Positions 61,897 through 64,000 of a stretch of 64,000 nucleotides of DNA are shown in pieces. Source of the DNA: an uncultured SAR86 cluster bacterium (GTDB lineage: Bacteria; Pseudomonadota; Gammaproteobacteria; Magnimaribacterales; AG-339-G14); the NCBI GenBank assembly GCA_902525735.1, contig CABZIF010000001.1, positions 258,813-322,812 on the forward strand, written 5' to 3'. The notes under the pieces were generated by a model. It ran no database searches, had not been told where the DNA came from, and saw only the letters and a program-made list of their open reading frames with translations. A program made the position numbers and the translations under genes. The number at the start of each line of letters is the position of its first letter. Positions within the stretch are counted from its first letter, which is position 1.

Positions 61897-62740
61897 AAAA
61901 GCTGCATTCTTTTTGTTAATTGCAGCTAATTATTTACCTTCGGAATGTGACAAATCAAAAAATCCAAATAAGATAGTTATAGCTGGAGGATCGTTGACAG
62001 AAATTGTTTACGATTTAAAGGAAGAAGAAAAAATACTTGCTGTTGATGTAACCTCAAATTTTCCTCCAGAAGTCAAAGATTTCCCTTCAGTTGGTTATGT
62101 TAGAGCTCTCTCAACAGAAGGACTTCTATCTTTAGGACCAACTTTGATCTTAGGAGAGGAGGACATGGGCCCACCTTTAGTATTAGATCAGTTGAAAATT
62201 GTTGGAGTCGATATAAGAGTAATTAAAGATGATTTTTCATCTTCGAGTATATTGTCAAAAGTCGAATGTATTTCAGAAATCATAGGAGCCAAGAAAATAA
62301 ATACAAAACGTCTAATTAATAATTTGAAAGAAAAAATAAATGTGTTGGAAACAAATATAAAAAAAAATAATAGAGCTATGACCATTCTTTTGATTCTTGG
62401 CCTTCAAGGAACTTCACCTATTGCTGCGGGACACTCGACTTCTGGTCACGGATTTATCAACCTTCTTGGGGCTAAAAATATTATGGAAGACGTGGAGGGC
62501 TGGAAACCTATTAGTTCTGAATCAATTCTAATGAAAAATCCTGATATTATTCTTGTCACTAAAAGAGGTATTAGATCCTTCAAAAACGATGAAGCATTCA
62601 GCAATCATTCGTCAATTAAATTTACAAATGCAGCACAAAATAAAAATGTTTTCTCTTTAGATGGTATGTCTATGCTAGGTTTTGGTCCTAGAACCATAGA
62701 AACTGCAATTTTTGTAAGCGAAAATCTGATAAATCAATGA
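61886..62740 (+). CDS. hmuT: Haemin ABC transporter periplasmic binding protein
   Basis: Start moved to 'MVFKKAAFFLLIAAN' (signal peptide). 'KIVIAGGSLTEIVYDL' and 'ILAVDVTSNFP' fit class-8 binding proteins. It is followed by FecCD permease and ATPase genes. Confidence 0.8.
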   Translation: MVFKKAAFFLLIAANYLPSECDKSKNPNKIVIAGGSLTEIVYDLKEEEKILAVDVTSNFPPEVKDFPSVGYVRALSTEGLLSLGPTLILGEEDMGPPLVLDQLKIVGVDIRVIKDDFSSSSILSKVECISEIIGAKKINTKRLINNLKEKINVLETNIKKNNRAMTILLILGLQGTSPIAAGHSTSGHGFINLLGAKNIMEDVEGWKPISSESILMKNPDIILVTKRGIRSFKNDEAFSNHSSIKFTNAAQNKNVFSLDGMSMLGFGPRTIETAIFVSENLINQ

Positions 62741-63774
62741 ATGTTTTTCTATCATATTTCAATTTTTTAAATTATTTAAGTAAATTTCAAAAATTCATTT
62801 TTTATTTTTTAATAATTTTATTTTTTATTTTCTTTTTGGTTTCTATATCTCTCGGCAGCTTCAATTTTTTCTTATTTGATTTGCTTACATATCAACCTGA
62901 TTCTCTCAATAAGATTGTGCTTTATGAAATAAGAATTCCAAGAGTTTTATTAGCAGGATTTGTAGGAGCAAGTTTGGGAATTTCAGGTGCATCTCTTCAA
63001 GGTCTTTTTCGAAATCCGTTAGCAGATCCAGGATTGATAGGAGTTTCTGCTGGGGCAGCATTAGGTGCTGCATTAGTAATAGTATTAGGATCTAATTTCT
63101 TTTCAGAATATTTTTTTAATACTTTTGCCTTGCCTTTTTCTGCGATATCTGGGGCAGCTTTAGTTATCACATTGCTGTATTTTTTTACAAGAGGATTTGG
63201 TTATGAAGGAATTACTTATATGCTGCTGATTGGAATTGCTATAAATGCTCTTGCTTCTGTAGGTATCGGAATTCTTACATTTATTAGCTCTGATTCTGAA
63301 TTGAGAGGCCTTACTTTTTGGACAATGGGAAGCTTTGGTGGAGCATCGTGGCAAATAATTATGCCGGCTTTGGTTATAATAATTTTTACAATTTTATGGA
63401 TGATTCCGTCTGCAAGAAAATTGGATCTACTTCAATTGGGTGAACCCGAAGCCTATCGATTAGGTATCGATATACAAAAATTAAAGTTCAAAGTAATAAT
63501 TTCAAGCGCAATCATTGTAGGAGTTAGCGTAGCCTTGTCTGGAATGATTGGATTTGTTGGTCTAGTCGTTCCTCATCTTGTAAGACTTATTGGCGGTGTG
63601 AATCACAGCTACTTGTTGCCAGCTTCAGCTTTTTTTGGGGGCTCTTTGATGATGAGTGCAGATCTATTATCAAGAATTTTAATTTCACCCGCTGAGGTGC
63701 CAGTTGGTCTATTAACAAGTGCGTTAGGCGCTCCTTTCTTTTTATGGCTTATTTTTAATTCAAGAAAAATATGA
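62737..63774 (+). CDS. hmuU: Haemin ABC transporter permease (FecCD family)
   Basis: 345 aa. 'RIPRVLLAGFVGASLGISGASLQGLFRNPLADPGLIGVSAGA' is the FecCD signature. Confidence 0.88.
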   Translation: MNVFLSYFNFLNYLSKFQKFIFYFLIILFFIFFLVSISLGSFNFFLFDLLTYQPDSLNKIVLYEIRIPRVLLAGFVGASLGISGASLQGLFRNPLADPGLIGVSAGAALGAALVIVLGSNFFSEYFFNTFALPFSAISGAALVITLLYFFTRGFGYEGITYMLLIGIAINALASVGIGILTFISSDSELRGLTFWTMGSFGGASWQIIMPALVIIIFTILWMIPSARKLDLLQLGEPEAYRLGIDIQKLKFKVIISSAIIVGVSVALSGMIGFVGLVVPHLVRLIGGVNHSYLLPASAFFGGSLMMSADLLSRILISPAEVPVGLLTSALGAPFFLWLIFNSRKI

Positions 63775-64000
63775 GTATTAATATTTCTTCTCTCACTTAT
63801 GAAGTAGATAATAAAAAAATTCTCAATGAAATTTCACTAAAAATCGAGCTAGGAGAAATATTATGTGTCCTTGGGCCAAATGGATCAGGTAAATCAACTT
63901 TAGTAAATTTAATTTCAGGCAATTTCGAAGCAACGAAGGGAGATATATTTTTTGACAAAGTTGATCTAAAAAAAATTTCGATAGAGGACAGAGCTTTTAC
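63771..64000 (+). CDS. hmuV: Haemin ABC transporter ATP-binding protein, 3'-truncated by window edge
   Basis: ATGA start/stop overlap with the permease gene. Translation 'MSINISSLTYEVDNKKILNEISLKIELGEILCVLGPNGSGKSTL' contains a Walker A. Confidence 0.85.
   Translation, partial: MSINISSLTYEVDNKKILNEISLKIELGEILCVLGPNGSGKSTLVNLISGNFEATKGDIFFDKVDLKKISIEDRAF

Overview
This is a visibly AT-rich, very gene-dense bacterial chromosome segment. Gene order (folD, tRNA cluster, tig-clpP-clpX-lon-hupB-ppiD-fabI; mltD-gloB / rnhA-dnaQ-gltX; purMN with pgsA and an hda-like gene) is typical of Gammaproteobacteria. The low GC, tiny intergenic spacers and frequent overlap of convergent gene ends suggest a streamlined marine lineage, possibly SAR86-like (inference only). 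Most of the window is housekeeping or catabolic: purine and folate genes, an AtuA-like / enoyl-CoA hydratase / SDR cluster facing a biotin acyl-CoA carboxylase pair, a FabY-like ketosynthase, a TonB-dependent receptor with glucokinase, an MBL(alkylsulfatase-like)/CoA-transferase/TauD/pseudoazurin group, thiolase, two DASS transporters and a DoxX-hmuTUV haem-uptake operon. I read seven tRNAs by hand: Val, Asp, Pro, Arg, His, Ala, plus two degenerate tRNA-like sequences. The most unusual locus is a compact ~3.8-kb cassette at 54383-58290. It is bounded on one side by tRNA-Ala(GGC) and on the other by a decayed full-length copy of that tRNA. It holds only a KAP-family P-loop NTPase (719 aa), a divergently transcribed zinc-ribbon / coiled-coil / TM-hairpin protein (490 aa), and an untracked 52-aa two-TM ORF. 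No integrase is present. I regard it as a candidate uncharacterised conflict or defence-type module. I found no CRISPR array, rRNA, transposase or prophage. All family calls rest on motifs read from the supplied translations and on remembered synteny; no searches were run. Hand-derived RNA and small-ORF coordinates may be off by 1-2 nt.
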